Of a stretch of 64,000 nt of DNA, positions 24,421 through 34,965 are shown in pieces. Below the pieces are notes generated by a model that worked only from the letters and a program-made list of their open reading frames with translations, searched no databases and was not told the origin of the DNA. Made by a program: the position numbers and the translations under genes. The DNA comes from Epithemia pelagica (lineage: Eukaryota > Protista > Bacillariophyta), in NCBI GenBank assembly GCA_946965045.2, contig OX337241.1, positions 124,001 through 188,000 on the forward strand, given 5' to 3'. Each line of letters starts with the position of its first letter. Position 1 is the stretch's first letter.

Positions 24421-25263
24421 TACCATGGATGCATGGGAAATGGAGCATATGCATCGTACAACTCGATGCGACCTGTAGACTGGCCAAACTTTCTCGACCG
24501 ATGCTCGTACAACTCTCGTACTTGGTCTTCACTTCCTCCGGAGAACCGCACAATGAGTTCAACGTTCAAGTTGTTTCGACGTGTCGTCTTGTAAAAAAGT
24601 CAATGACTCACTTGTCTTGTTGCGCATGAAGCGGAAGGAAGATTGATGTGGCCAATACGGCAGGAGACAACAAGAAGGATCGTCGTAAAACCATTGTTGG
24701 ACATGTGCCATGGTTCAGGCCGAAAGTGTGTGCACGCAATTGTCCTTGTCCAGCGTTGCGAGTGGATGTGTCGTCTAACGCTCTTGTGGTTTTGTTATTA
24801 TTTCCTTGGAAAATGAGCGATGAGCGCTCTAGTTATCCGATACGACGATGGACGATTCCATAGAGGAGGAGGATCTCACCAGTACCATCCAACGCTTATC
24901 GAATATTATAAGTGCTATCTGACGCATCCGTTGAAGACCACACAGATTTGAATGTGTCCGTCGCGTCCAAGAAGAAGACGACAAGCAGGTGGGTGCCATT
25001 GTGAGATCGATGCGTCCCGGTTTTCTCGTCGTTGCTTCCGCGTGGAAGGAAGGCAGTCGCTCTTATATAATCGTCCAAGGCTACCCATGCTACTTCAATT
25101 TCTCGCCAGCAAAGAGGTTCTTCTACCGTGTTGTGATCTGAATAGGAGTCACTCCTATCCATAAAAATGGTAGAAAAAAACTCCAAAGACGTCAACTTGG
25201 TATCTTCTACGTATATACAACTCATCCACTAAGATCCTTCGACTCTGGCTCATCTAATTGAAG

Positions 25264-27223
25264 TTAGGAGAGACCAAACAACGCCATCATGGCCATTCCC
25301 ATCCCAAAGACCAGTGAGAACCGATTCATGGACAGTGTCACATCACTCGCAGCGGACAACAAAGAGGCATGGTTGTTGTTGGTGGCGGGCGACTGGAACA
25401 GAGCCTCAAATTCCGTCCGTGTCAAGCAAGTGTCGGGTCCACTCTCCTCTCGAATGTGTTGGGCCAATTCGGGACTGACCACCGAAGTGCCTCCAAAAAA
25501 CAAATTCACAAAGTTCACAACATTGTCCGCCGTGACACAGATATTGTCCGGAGAAGCTTCATTCTTCTCGGTACTTGTTGTGATAGCACCAGTGCAGGCC
25601 ACCACATCATCAAACAAAAACTCGCCTGAGTTTCCCGCCGGAAGTTGAATGTGCTCCATTTCCCAGGAATCAATGGAACCATCATTGTTGGTATCAATCA
25701 AGGCTATCGCATCCTGAATCATTGTATCCACATCCAGCCCATCTTGACTGGCTGAATCGTCTACAAGGCCAGAAAACAAGGACGTGTACAGAGACCGGAG
25801 AGTATCGGCCGAGAAGGCTTGACGTGTCTCTATGCGAGCAACGACGTCTTCCAAGGTTTGATCCGCACGTGTTGACGAAATACCATCCTCGTCGTCCTGG
25901 ACTTGTGATTGGTCTTCTTTCTGCGAAGTGAGGAGAAAGCACTTGTTGTCCGTTTCTTCTTGAACAGTCAGGGCACGCCGAAGGTCCAATTGTCCAAAGG
26001 CAAGCAATCCGAAAATCAAGAGCAGAATCACAATCCCAAGAATGGCAAGCAACAAATTGGGCCGAGGTTCTTCGGGTCTTGGATCTTCTGGGTTTGGTTC
26101 TTGTGGAGCTAGAATCAAGTTCAAGGCGCGATTATTCTCCGGCAGCGGAAGAGAAAAAGGAGCACCGCCGTTGCGAAATTCGAGGTTCGTCGCATCAATT
26201 TCGTAGAATATTCCGCCACCTGTCACGGCGGTGATAATATTATTGAATCCAATTGAAAAGTCTGCAATAATAGTAGGAATACTTGTACTTGCCGTAATGT
26301 CGAATCCAAGATCCATAGTGTATCGAATGATGGTTGACTCAGCGTCAGTCCCATCCTTTCGAGTGAAAACTGCAGCATAGACAAAGCAGCTGGTTTCGTC
26401 CTCCACATCAAGACAGTGTACTTGGATGCGTTGAAAGTCTGGGGATCCCCGGGAGACGGTTGCGATTGGACCAGAATCTTGGTCTTGTTCACGAAAAGAT
26501 TCGAGCACACTACCAAGCTCATTATCACCTCCACGTGTTATTACAATAACCTTGCCCGCTCCGACGGCAATTCCTCCTGGAAAATCAGGGATATTCACCT
26601 CGTTGTAGGAAACGACACTACCGTCCGTTTGATCAAAAGAGGATACTCGGCCCACTCCAGGTGTGGTCAGTTGCAGAACAAACAATTTCCCATTTGCAAA
26701 ATCGAGGAAAATCAGGGATATTCACCTCGTTGTAGGAAACGACACTACCGTCCGTTTGATCAAAAGAGGATACTCGGCCCACTCCAGGTGTGGTCAGTTG
26801 CAGAACAAACAATTTCCCATTTGCAAAATCGATTCCAAAGTTATTTTTTTCTTGAGATGTCCTCTTAACCTGTCCCGATTCAAGGTTGATGGTTAATACC
26901 ACATTACTACCAACAAGAAAAACGCAAGCCAGAAAGACGAACAAAGTGTCGCCGCTTCTTCTCAGTTGTATAGCGGAATATACACATGGAAAACCATTCT
27001 CGATATTCACTGTACTGAGAAGGTCGTTCACATCGTACAACTCGCGTGCTTCGTTACTTTCTTGTGAGAACCCAGAAACAAGTTCAACGCCAAAGTTGTC
27101 TTGATTTTCGGAGGTATAGAAAAAGTCAATCCCCCGGTTGTCTGTAGGTTGAGCAAGGACCGGAACAATGATCGATGCGGCCAAGATGGAAACAAACAAG
27201 AAATAGAATCGTCGTGAAACCAT
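25264..27223 (-). CDS. Secreted/surface protein: signal peptide, beta-rich domain, internal TM, EF-hand and GPI-like tail; frameshifted here by a 127-bp tandem duplication
   Basis: Signal peptide MVSRRFYFLFVSILAASIIVPVLAQ; TM LLLAILGIVILLLIFGLLAF; canonical EF loop DTNNDGSIDSWE; hydrophobic C-terminus. Removing one 127-bp copy joins ORFs 26633-27283 and 25264-26685. Confidence 0.7.
26579..26832. repeat. Perfect 127-bp tandem duplication (26579-26705, 26706-26832)
   Basis: Two identical copies from ggaaaatcagggatattc to ttgcaaaatcga. Confidence 0.93.
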
Positions 27224-27536
27224 TGTTGGAGTAAGAGCGAAATCAATGACTATCCACCGAGGCCGTATAGGAATGCAATGCACCTTTTCTTGTCCAATGA
27301 ATGGTTTTCAGTTTCTTCTTCGGCCCACCGGTAGCGCACCTCCCGTTGAGTCCACACATTTTTCGCTCTCCAGTACATCCATTAGTCGTTCATTGCTTTC
27401 GGCTTCTAGTTACTTGGAATGAGCGATGAAAGCTGTATTCGTATTATGTTGTTCAGATTCGAGGATGGACGATGAGATAGAGGAAGAGGATGTCGCCGTG
27501 CTTTCACATTACCATTTGATGCGTAGGGAATAATAT

Positions 27537-27995
27537 GACGCATCCGTTGAAGACTTGAAATCGTCATCCGGAGGATAAGCTCGTACTCGTATTCTCTAAG
27601 CGCACTTGCACTTGTCGCTTATCGCCGCCGTTTTTGCCTGGTCTTTCACATTACGTTCGACGCGTAGCGAATAATATTATGATGCATCCGTTGAAGATCA
27701 CTTCCTTGAACGAAGAAAAATCGTCGCATTCCCCGGAGGATAAGCTCATAATATCTCGTACTCTCTAAGCGCACTTATCGCCTCCGTTTTTGCCTGGTCT
27801 TTCACCTTTCACCTTTCACATTACCGTTTGACGCGTAGCGAATAATATTACTCCTATATAATATGACGCATCCGTTGAAGACCACCTCCTTGAACGGGAA
27901 GAAAAAGAAAAACCGTAGCGATTAGCGATGGAGATTCCGGAGGATAAGCTCGTACTCGTATTCTCTAAACACTAAGCGTCCGTTTTTGCCTGGTA
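27537..27995. repeat. Three degenerate tandem repeats (about 145-185 bp units) upstream of the secreted-protein gene
   Basis: Units start at about 27537, 27681 and 27865 with ga(c/t)gcatccgttgaaga, ccggaggataagctc and cgtttttgcctgg. A fourth copy of the first motif is at 24921. Confidence 0.8.
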
Positions 27996-28457
27996 CCAGC
28001 TGGTTTTACAAGCTCATACGAGCGAGGAGTCGAGCTACTATGGCTATCTGCTCCATCTCCTCTAGAGTAGCGGTAGGCAGGAGTAGGTAGTCTACCTAGC
28101 ATAGATAGCTTTTTATTTTTTCTAATCTGATTGGTCGCTCTTAAAGTCAGTCAAGAACGGGACTAACACATACGTCATCGCGACACCACCGGCGAGAAAT
28201 TGTCCCGCTTGTTTTGTTGAGAGCAGTGATGATGGTGTCGCTATCATTGTTCCTCCGATCCTTTTTAGGTACCTTAGGATCCTGAAGACTGAAGACTCCA
28301 CATCCCAACCAAAGCGGCACTGGGATGATTCCTCGTGGTCGAGAAAGCGTTGCCGATCACAACAATCCCATCATTCGGGCGAGATCGATTCTGTCCACCA
28401 ATACTGCCCTTCTTCTTCTTCTTCTTCTGGATTGAGAGTCGCACCACTATCATCATC

Positions 28458-30510
28458 ATGTTGATGGTTCCTTGCTTGCGGTGGCCCTCCATTGCGGTCT
28501 TCCTTTTGGCATGGTCCTTGTCGTCCTTGTGTTCGTGCACCACCAACGCCTTTGTACCACTCTCGTTGCCGACCAACCGTGCACAATCGACAAGTCGTTG
28601 GACAGTTGCTGCTGCCTCGAATGCTGCCTGTGAATTTGACAAGAGTATTAAATACGATGTGGCCGTGATTGGAGCTGGTGTGGTCGGTGTTCAAGCGGCC
28701 TTGTTGGCCGCTTCGGCGCCCTATTCGAAACAGGTGATTTTGATTGATTCCAAATTGGCTTCGGGAGCATGAATGGACGGGGACGGCAATGATTTGAGTA
28801 TTGGCGGACCGACGGGCTTGTTTAGCAAGGCCCTGCGCGATACCAGCAAGCGCATTTAAGTCGATACCTTGCGCGGCATGGGCCTTCGCGAGGAATCGGT
28901 GTGGAATGAAATTGTCAGTTCCTGTGTCGATTTGGCCGCTTCCAATGCACAAGATATTTTGCGACAATTGGACTATGCCGGTGTCACATACTTGTCCGGC
29001 TTTGCCAGTTTTCCCGATGGTGGATCCACCACCTCCCTCATGGTCACTCAAGAAGGAACGGGATGCAGTGGCGGTGTCGCCACGGTCCAATGTCAAAATG
29101 TCTTGATTGCCACGGGATCGTCCCCCTTTCGACCCGGTGGCATTCCCTTTGATGGACAACGTGTCTTTGATTCCGATTCCATTAATACCCTTACTTTTTT
29201 GCCCCAATCCGTCGCCATTACCGGCAGTGGCATTATTGCCGTGGAATTTGCCAAGCTTTTTCGCAATCTCGGAGCCGATGTCACCATTGTCATTCGCGAC
29301 AAGTCACCGCGCAAAGCCTTGCAAAAAATTGGACTCGATCCCGAGTACGTATTACACATTGATTGATGGATAGATCGATTGATTGTGTGGTTGTGCCTTG
29401 TGTGTGGTTGGGTCCTCTTTTCGTTTCAATCCTTGGACCAATGCTAATGGCTGATTGGTTTCTCATTTGGCCTTTTGTGTTTGTGGTGTCCTTGCTTGTT
29501 CGTGCTCTCCTTATTCGTGTCTTGTTGTTGTCTGAAACCATCCTCATCACAGTGTTGCTGCCACGTTGGTGGCCGATTTGATTCGTTCCGGCATTCACAT
29601 TGAACGAGGCGCTCAAGTCGGTGATTTTACCGTTCCGAGCAATCGTCGAAGTCCCCTGACGATTGAATTGGTCCAAGCCATGGGTCGGGGTCAAACGCAG
29701 GCCGAACCGCGTCCCGCCGGACTAACGCAAGAAGTCAAGTGCGATGCCTACTTGGCCGCCGTGGGACGCAAACCCAATACGGACAATTTGAATTTGCGGA
29801 GTGCCGGCATTCAAATTGACGAATACGGTGGTATTTTGGTCAATGGGTATTTGTGCACCACGGCACCTGCTGGCAATGTCTATGGAGCCGGCGATGTCTT
29901 GGGACGACCCTTTTTGGCCTCCACTGGAGCCGCGCAAGCGCAAGAAGCGGTCGAATCCATGTTTGGACCCGGATGGACCCAAAGTACCACCAATGAGGAC
30001 GGCAACAAGTCGTCGTCGACAGACGACAACAAGTCGACAGAAGAACATGTTTCGTTTGATCCAGCCTCCTTGGCCGGTAATCCCTTGGCCTTTCCCGTGG
30101 TTGTGTGGTCCAGTCCCGAAGCGGCCTGGTATGGCTATACCTTGGATCAAGCCAAGGAACTGGGCTATCCCAATGCCAAGGAAGGCATGGCCTTGTATGT
30201 GGAATGTTTGCGGGGTCGCGTCTTCAATCCCAATGGCATGTTGAAACTGGTGTACGATACGCCCAGTCAACGCATTTTGGGTGTCCACGTGTGTGGCGAC
30301 GATGCCTGTGAATTGATTCATTATGGGATGGAATTGGTCAAGGGACAACGGACCCTCCATGACTTGTTGTCGAGCTTGTATTCCGCCGTGACGTATCACG
30401 AAATGTACAAGATTGCCGCCCAAAATTGTTTGGACGAAGTCGGCGCTCGCAAACGACGCGCTCAAGCCGGCAAGGTCGTGGCCCAACGATTGCGACAACG
30501 CAAGGAATAA
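28458..30510 (+). pseudogene. sthA: Plastid-targeted soluble pyridine nucleotide transhydrogenase (SthA/UdhA)-like flavoprotein with two in-frame stops (exons 28458-29344, 29553-30510)
   Basis: Signal + TTNA-FVP; FAD motif YDVAVIGAGVVG; FSKALRD; ATGSSP; GSGIIAVEFA; YGAGDV; and an SthA-like C-terminal interface domain. Intron 29345-29552 is GTACGT...CAG. In-frame TGA at 28770-28772 and TAA at 28857-28859. Confidence 0.75.
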
Positions 30511-31153
30511 TAAAGGAACAAAACAACAAAGAAACAACCAACACTTGCATTCAACATGCACACAGAACAATCCTTTCTCCACAGCCCTCTACTACAGTCA
30601 TTCTATCTTGTTCCTACTTTACAACCTCCAACGAACGAAACACAAACGCAACGAACGAAACACAAACGAACGAACGAAACTACAATCTACGACATTCACA
30701 AAAGCACACAATAAGCCATTTTCACTCTCATCAAGTCTGCTGCATACATACTCATGCAGCAATACCATTTTACTCCGTACACACACGCACACACACAGAC
30801 AAACAACATGCTGATCTACGTTACCCGGGATGACACTCACGACACAGACTGTCTATCAAAACCTCCACACAAGCATGGACCACAAAAGCGGCTCATTGAC
30901 AGTTTAAAGTTGCATTCGTAGTTCCTTCTGTCCACCATACACACAATGCTTACGGCAGTAAACGTAGAGACGTAAGCAGATCAAAGAAAACGCTAACAAA
31001 CGCAAGCTCATTCTCTTTCTATATATATAGATAGATAGCCCCTTGTCCGCTGCCTTGTTGGATTGGGGTATTATGCTATTCGGGTTTGTACAAATGGAAA
31101 GCTGATCGTCATTGTATTTTCTCTTCTAATATATGTGGCAATGCCATGGCTTC

Positions 31154-34100
31154 TTAGGAAGCCGTGGCAGACACAAACTTGCGTGGTCGTTGGGGTTCAT
31201 CCTTCTCTTGTGGAGTGTCGTCCAGTTTCCATACAAAGAGTTCTTCGTCTTCTTCTTCGTGGTCGTCGTGAATCTTGTCGTCATCGTAGTAGTCCAATGA
31301 CGAAGTGGTAGCCAGGTCTGGCTCTCGACTACGTGTCATTGCCATTTGTTTCAATTGGGACATTGCTTCCTTGATGGATTTGTTGCTAATGGGTTCGGTG
31401 CCGGATGTGGATGACGTTGTTGTTGATTCTGGCAAGGCTCGAATGTACCGTAGAATCAAATGTTCCACTTTGAAAATGCCATCCAAATACTTTCTCCGCT
31501 CCATATGCTGCTGTCGACGTACCGTGTGGTTGATTCTGCTGCCACTCAAGGCTACAAAGGAAGTGGGTGACCGTTGTTGCAACTGTTGGATCAAACGCAT
31601 CATGGCACTCTTGTGCCATTCGGGATCCTCCTCCGACAAACTCGGGTGGTTCCATGCTTCGTCGTCGACGGTTTGTGAACGAACCAGTCGTCGCGATCGC
31701 TTTTCTTGTTTGTCTCGTTGTCGGGCACGGGCTTCGGCGGATCGGACCAATGCTCCCAGAACGTCAATGTACGATGTCAAGAGAGGTTGCAATTCGACAT
31801 GTCGAGGACTAGATTTGGGTTCTTGACGGGCCAATTCGGCCAACTCGTCCAGCAATCGCAAAGCCGCTTTGCCTGGATCTGTTGCCGACGATGCATCGTC
31901 CGTGTTGGACTTGTTGCTCCTCATGGAGTTCTTCCCCTTGGTTGTCTTGTTGGTGTCGTTGTTGTGAATGTCGTGTCGGGCCCAGGCGGAAATGACGGCG
32001 CCGTAGGTATAGGCATTGGGGTAACAAGGAAATCGTCCTTCATCGGCCAAGTGTTGCATGCGTCGCAATCCCTGTTCGGCTTGATGTGGTGCATCGGGTC
32101 GATCCGATCGCATCCAGGCCTGTAAAACGGTACTAAATTCCTGCGATCCCGGTTGCCGCGACAAGTCTCCGGCGGCATGACCCTCAATCATATCCTTGAG
32201 AGCTTGTTTGGTCCGTTCGGGTTGACCTGCCTGGGCCCAGGCTTGCAACCGTTGGACATGTTCATTGTATCGAGGCTTTAACAATGAGTTGTTGTGGGCC
32301 GTGGATGGTTCTTGCTCTTGTTTCGATTGTTCCACCAAGTTTTGAAAGACACGTTCCAATTCTTGTGGTTTGCCATATTTGGACCACAAGGTCATTAACA
32401 GGTTGTAACTCAGAATGTTGGGTCGAGGCATTTCCTTCCAACACGTTTGAATTTGCAGCAACAAATTTTGTTGGGCCTTGAGGGAAGAATCGCGATGATT
32501 GGGATTTTTGCCATTGGCTCGATGGTTGGGGTTCTTGGACGACCGTTTCGTAGTTTTCACGGCCAGGTCCTGTTGGAGTTGTCGTTCCTGTTTGGCATGG
32601 AGTTTCAACACAGCCTTGGTCAAGGCGGCCAGCACTAGATTCCAGGCATGAATATCAGGAGCTGGATACTCCAAAATGGAGCCCTTGTCGGTCGACTCAT
32701 GTTGGGAGGCCTTTTCTTGTTGTTCTTGTCGTTGTTGATGGCGTTGCTGGACGTTTTGGAGGCAGTGCAATACATGTTTGGCGGCCTGTGGATGATTGGA
32801 TTCTTTCCAAGCCTCCAAGACCGCCGTCGACCAATGATAGGCATGAGAGGTGGACTCGTGGTGGTGATCCGTTTCCTCGGTGTGGTGGTGGTGACAGTAG
32901 TCTTGCGAATCCAACGACGATGTTGTTGTCGTCGTCAAGCGTCCTTGTCGATCCATGTCCATGAGTTGTTCTTGAACCCATTGGGCTTGCTGGGGATTTC
33001 CCGCTTGCGCCCAGGCACGCAACCGCAACGAATACAAGGCCCATGGCATGGTGTACCGACAAGAATCTGTTTCGACCGCACTTGGAGCAGTGCTCTTGTT
33101 CTTGTTGGTGTCCTTTTCAGTCGTTGCGGGTGGTTGTTCTTGTGGTTGTTCGTGTGTATCGCGCCAATACTGTTCTTGTTGTTGTTCAAATTGTTGAAAC
33201 AAGGTTTCGACTTGATTGGCATTGTTGCGTTTCCAACATTCCAACATGAGGGTCAGATACAAGGAGGGATTGGGGGCCACCGTCCTTTTCGTCGTCGTAG
33301 GAGTAGTGTTGTTGGGATCGTCCTTCCCCTTCTCCCTATCCTCGAATTGATAGTCTTGATAGTCCTTCCACACGTGCCACACGTGTGCGGACAATGGAGG
33401 CAAGGTCGATTGTTTGTGATTCAAGGCCTTTTTTGGCTGTTGTTGTTTGAAAGAAGGGGGACCTTGCGGTTGCAACAGGGTTCTTAACACGAGGGCATGG
33501 GCTTGTCGCATGACAGAGGGTGGCCAACAGTCTTCCTGGTCGTGTTGTTCCTTCATCCATTGCAAAAACGCCACGGCACCAACAGTTCCAGTCTCATTAT
33601 TCTTGGAATGACCATAACGACGACACCAGGCTTGCAAGACGACGAGGTACGATTGACGTGGATCCAAGGCCGGATAGAGAGTGGGGTGGTTGGAGCGTTT
33701 GCTCTGATAGGTGTGCAACCAGTCTTGTCCGAGCTGCGCCGCCGTGGCTGTCGGACTCGTCGTTGGTTGGTTCATCACGTGATGCAAGACGGCCCCATGA
33801 CAGGGGGCCGTGGGACGCAAGGCGGACCAATCCACAACATTACTAGCAGGAGGAGCATTGTGATCCTTGGGAGTTGGTTTGGTGGACAAGGAGGAAGAGG
33901 AGGAGGAAGATGGGGTTGTGCTGGATACATGAAGGAGCCAATCCACAATGGATTGCAAGTGTGGGTGGTCGTACTGGTAGTCGATTGGAAAAGTGGCCGC
34001 CACGGTGGTCGTCAACCAGAGTTGCCAGGTACTCACGTGGGGACGAATCAAGGGCATAACGAGTGGTGATGGTACCGACACTTGTTGCTGCTCTTGTTGT

Positions 34101-34918
34101 TGTTGCCAGTGCTGCCAGGAGTCGGACAAGCCGGTATAGCGTAATATGCGGTGACGCATGTCGTGGACCGATGGTATGGGTGTGGAGTGGAGCGGCTCTT
34201 GAAAGGGCGACACTGAATCTTGTGGCATTCTCACGCGTTGCCAGACGGTCACAAGGCGATCCAAATAGCGGGTGGGGAGAGGGAAAAGAAGCAGACATTG
34301 GTCCATGACGGCAGCTTGGATGTGGCGGTCCGGTCGAGAGGATGTTCCTTTTAAATGTCGTTGTTGTAATTGTCGTTGTTGTAATTGTCGTTGCAAGTGT
34401 TGATGTTGGTGATGCAGGGTATCGAGCCATTCCAATGTGGTTTGGAGGAGTTTGTGGAATGATGAGGATGGTGATAGCGAGGAGGAGGATGGTCCTGTTA
34501 TGGTTGCTGTTGTTGTTGCTGCTGCTGATTGTTCTGTTTCGAGTTGAGCAATGTACCGTTCCAATTGTGAAATGGCGTGGGACCATTCTGCGACGGTCCA
34601 TGCTGGTTGGTCTTGTTGTTGTTGTGGTTTTTGTTGTTGTGGTTTTTGTTGTTGTGGTTTTTGTTGTTGTGGTTTTTGTTGTGTTTGGGCCGCCAGTTGC
34701 AACAAGTACGTGGAGGATGGCGATACCGAGGAGGAGGAGGACAAGGAACGACACGCAACTGCACGACCAGCAGCACACGGAGACGAAACAAATGGTGATG
34801 GTAAGGCCCTTGTCCTGGAAAAGTTCATCATCCTCATTGTCATCCTCATTCGTGTCGTCGTTGCTGTCTGGGCAGTCCTTGGCCGCGAGACCGACAAGGA
34901 CGACCAACGACGCATCAT
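31154..34918 (-). CDS. Pentatricopeptide repeat (PPR) protein, probably mitochondrion-targeted
   Basis: 1254 aa. Repeats such as PNILSYNLLMTLWSKYG, FSTVLQAWMRS and PNAYTYGAVISAWARH. Arg/Ser-rich N-terminus and a 15-bp tandem repeat encoding QQKPQ. Confidence 0.85.
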   Translation of the reverse strand: MMRRWSSLSVSRPRTAQTATTTRMRMTMRMMNFSRTRALPSPFVSSPCAAGRAVACRSLSSSSSVSPSSTYLLQLAAQTQQKPQQQKPQQQKPQQQKPQQQQDQPAWTVAEWSHAISQLERYIAQLETEQSAAATTTATITGPSSSSLSPSSSFHKLLQTTLEWLDTLHHQHQHLQRQLQQRQLQQRHLKGTSSRPDRHIQAAVMDQCLLLFPLPTRYLDRLVTVWQRVRMPQDSVSPFQEPLHSTPIPSVHDMRHRILRYTGLSDSWQHWQQQQEQQQVSVPSPLVMPLIRPHVSTWQLWLTTTVAATFPIDYQYDHPHLQSIVDWLLHVSSTTPSSSSSSSLSTKPTPKDHNAPPASNVVDWSALRPTAPCHGAVLHHVMNQPTTSPTATAAQLGQDWLHTYQSKRSNHPTLYPALDPRQSYLVVLQAWCRRYGHSKNNETGTVGAVAFLQWMKEQHDQEDCWPPSVMRQAHALVLRTLLQPQGPPSFKQQQPKKALNHKQSTLPPLSAHVWHVWKDYQDYQFEDREKGKDDPNNTTPTTTKRTVAPNPSLYLTLMLECWKRNNANQVETLFQQFEQQQEQYWRDTHEQPQEQPPATTEKDTNKNKSTAPSAVETDSCRYTMPWALYSLRLRAWAQAGNPQQAQWVQEQLMDMDRQGRLTTTTTSSLDSQDYCHHHHTEETDHHHESTSHAYHWSTAVLEAWKESNHPQAAKHVLHCLQNVQQRHQQRQEQQEKASQHESTDKGSILEYPAPDIHAWNLVLAALTKAVLKLHAKQERQLQQDLAVKTTKRSSKNPNHRANGKNPNHRDSSLKAQQNLLLQIQTCWKEMPRPNILSYNLLMTLWSKYGKPQELERVFQNLVEQSKQEQEPSTAHNNSLLKPRYNEHVQRLQAWAQAGQPERTKQALKDMIEGHAAGDLSRQPGSQEFSTVLQAWMRSDRPDAPHQAEQGLRRMQHLADEGRFPCYPNAYTYGAVISAWARHDIHNNDTNKTTKGKNSMRSNKSNTDDASSATDPGKAALRLLDELAELARQEPKSSPRHVELQPLLTSYIDVLGALVRSAEARARQRDKQEKRSRRLVRSQTVDDEAWNHPSLSEEDPEWHKSAMMRLIQQLQQRSPTSFVALSGSRINHTVRRQQHMERRKYLDGIFKVEHLILRYIRALPESTTTSSTSGTEPISNKSIKEAMSQLKQMAMTRSREPDLATTSSLDYYDDDKIHDDHEEEDEELFVWKLDDTPQEKDEPQRPRKFVSATAS

Positions 34919-34934
34919 CCTGAGGCGTTGGTCG

Positions 34935-34965
<31 letters not shown>

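Noticed and set aside
27537-27995. CRISPR-like array
   Set aside because: The units are long and degenerate, the spacers are homologous to each other, the context is eukaryotic, and there are no cas genes.
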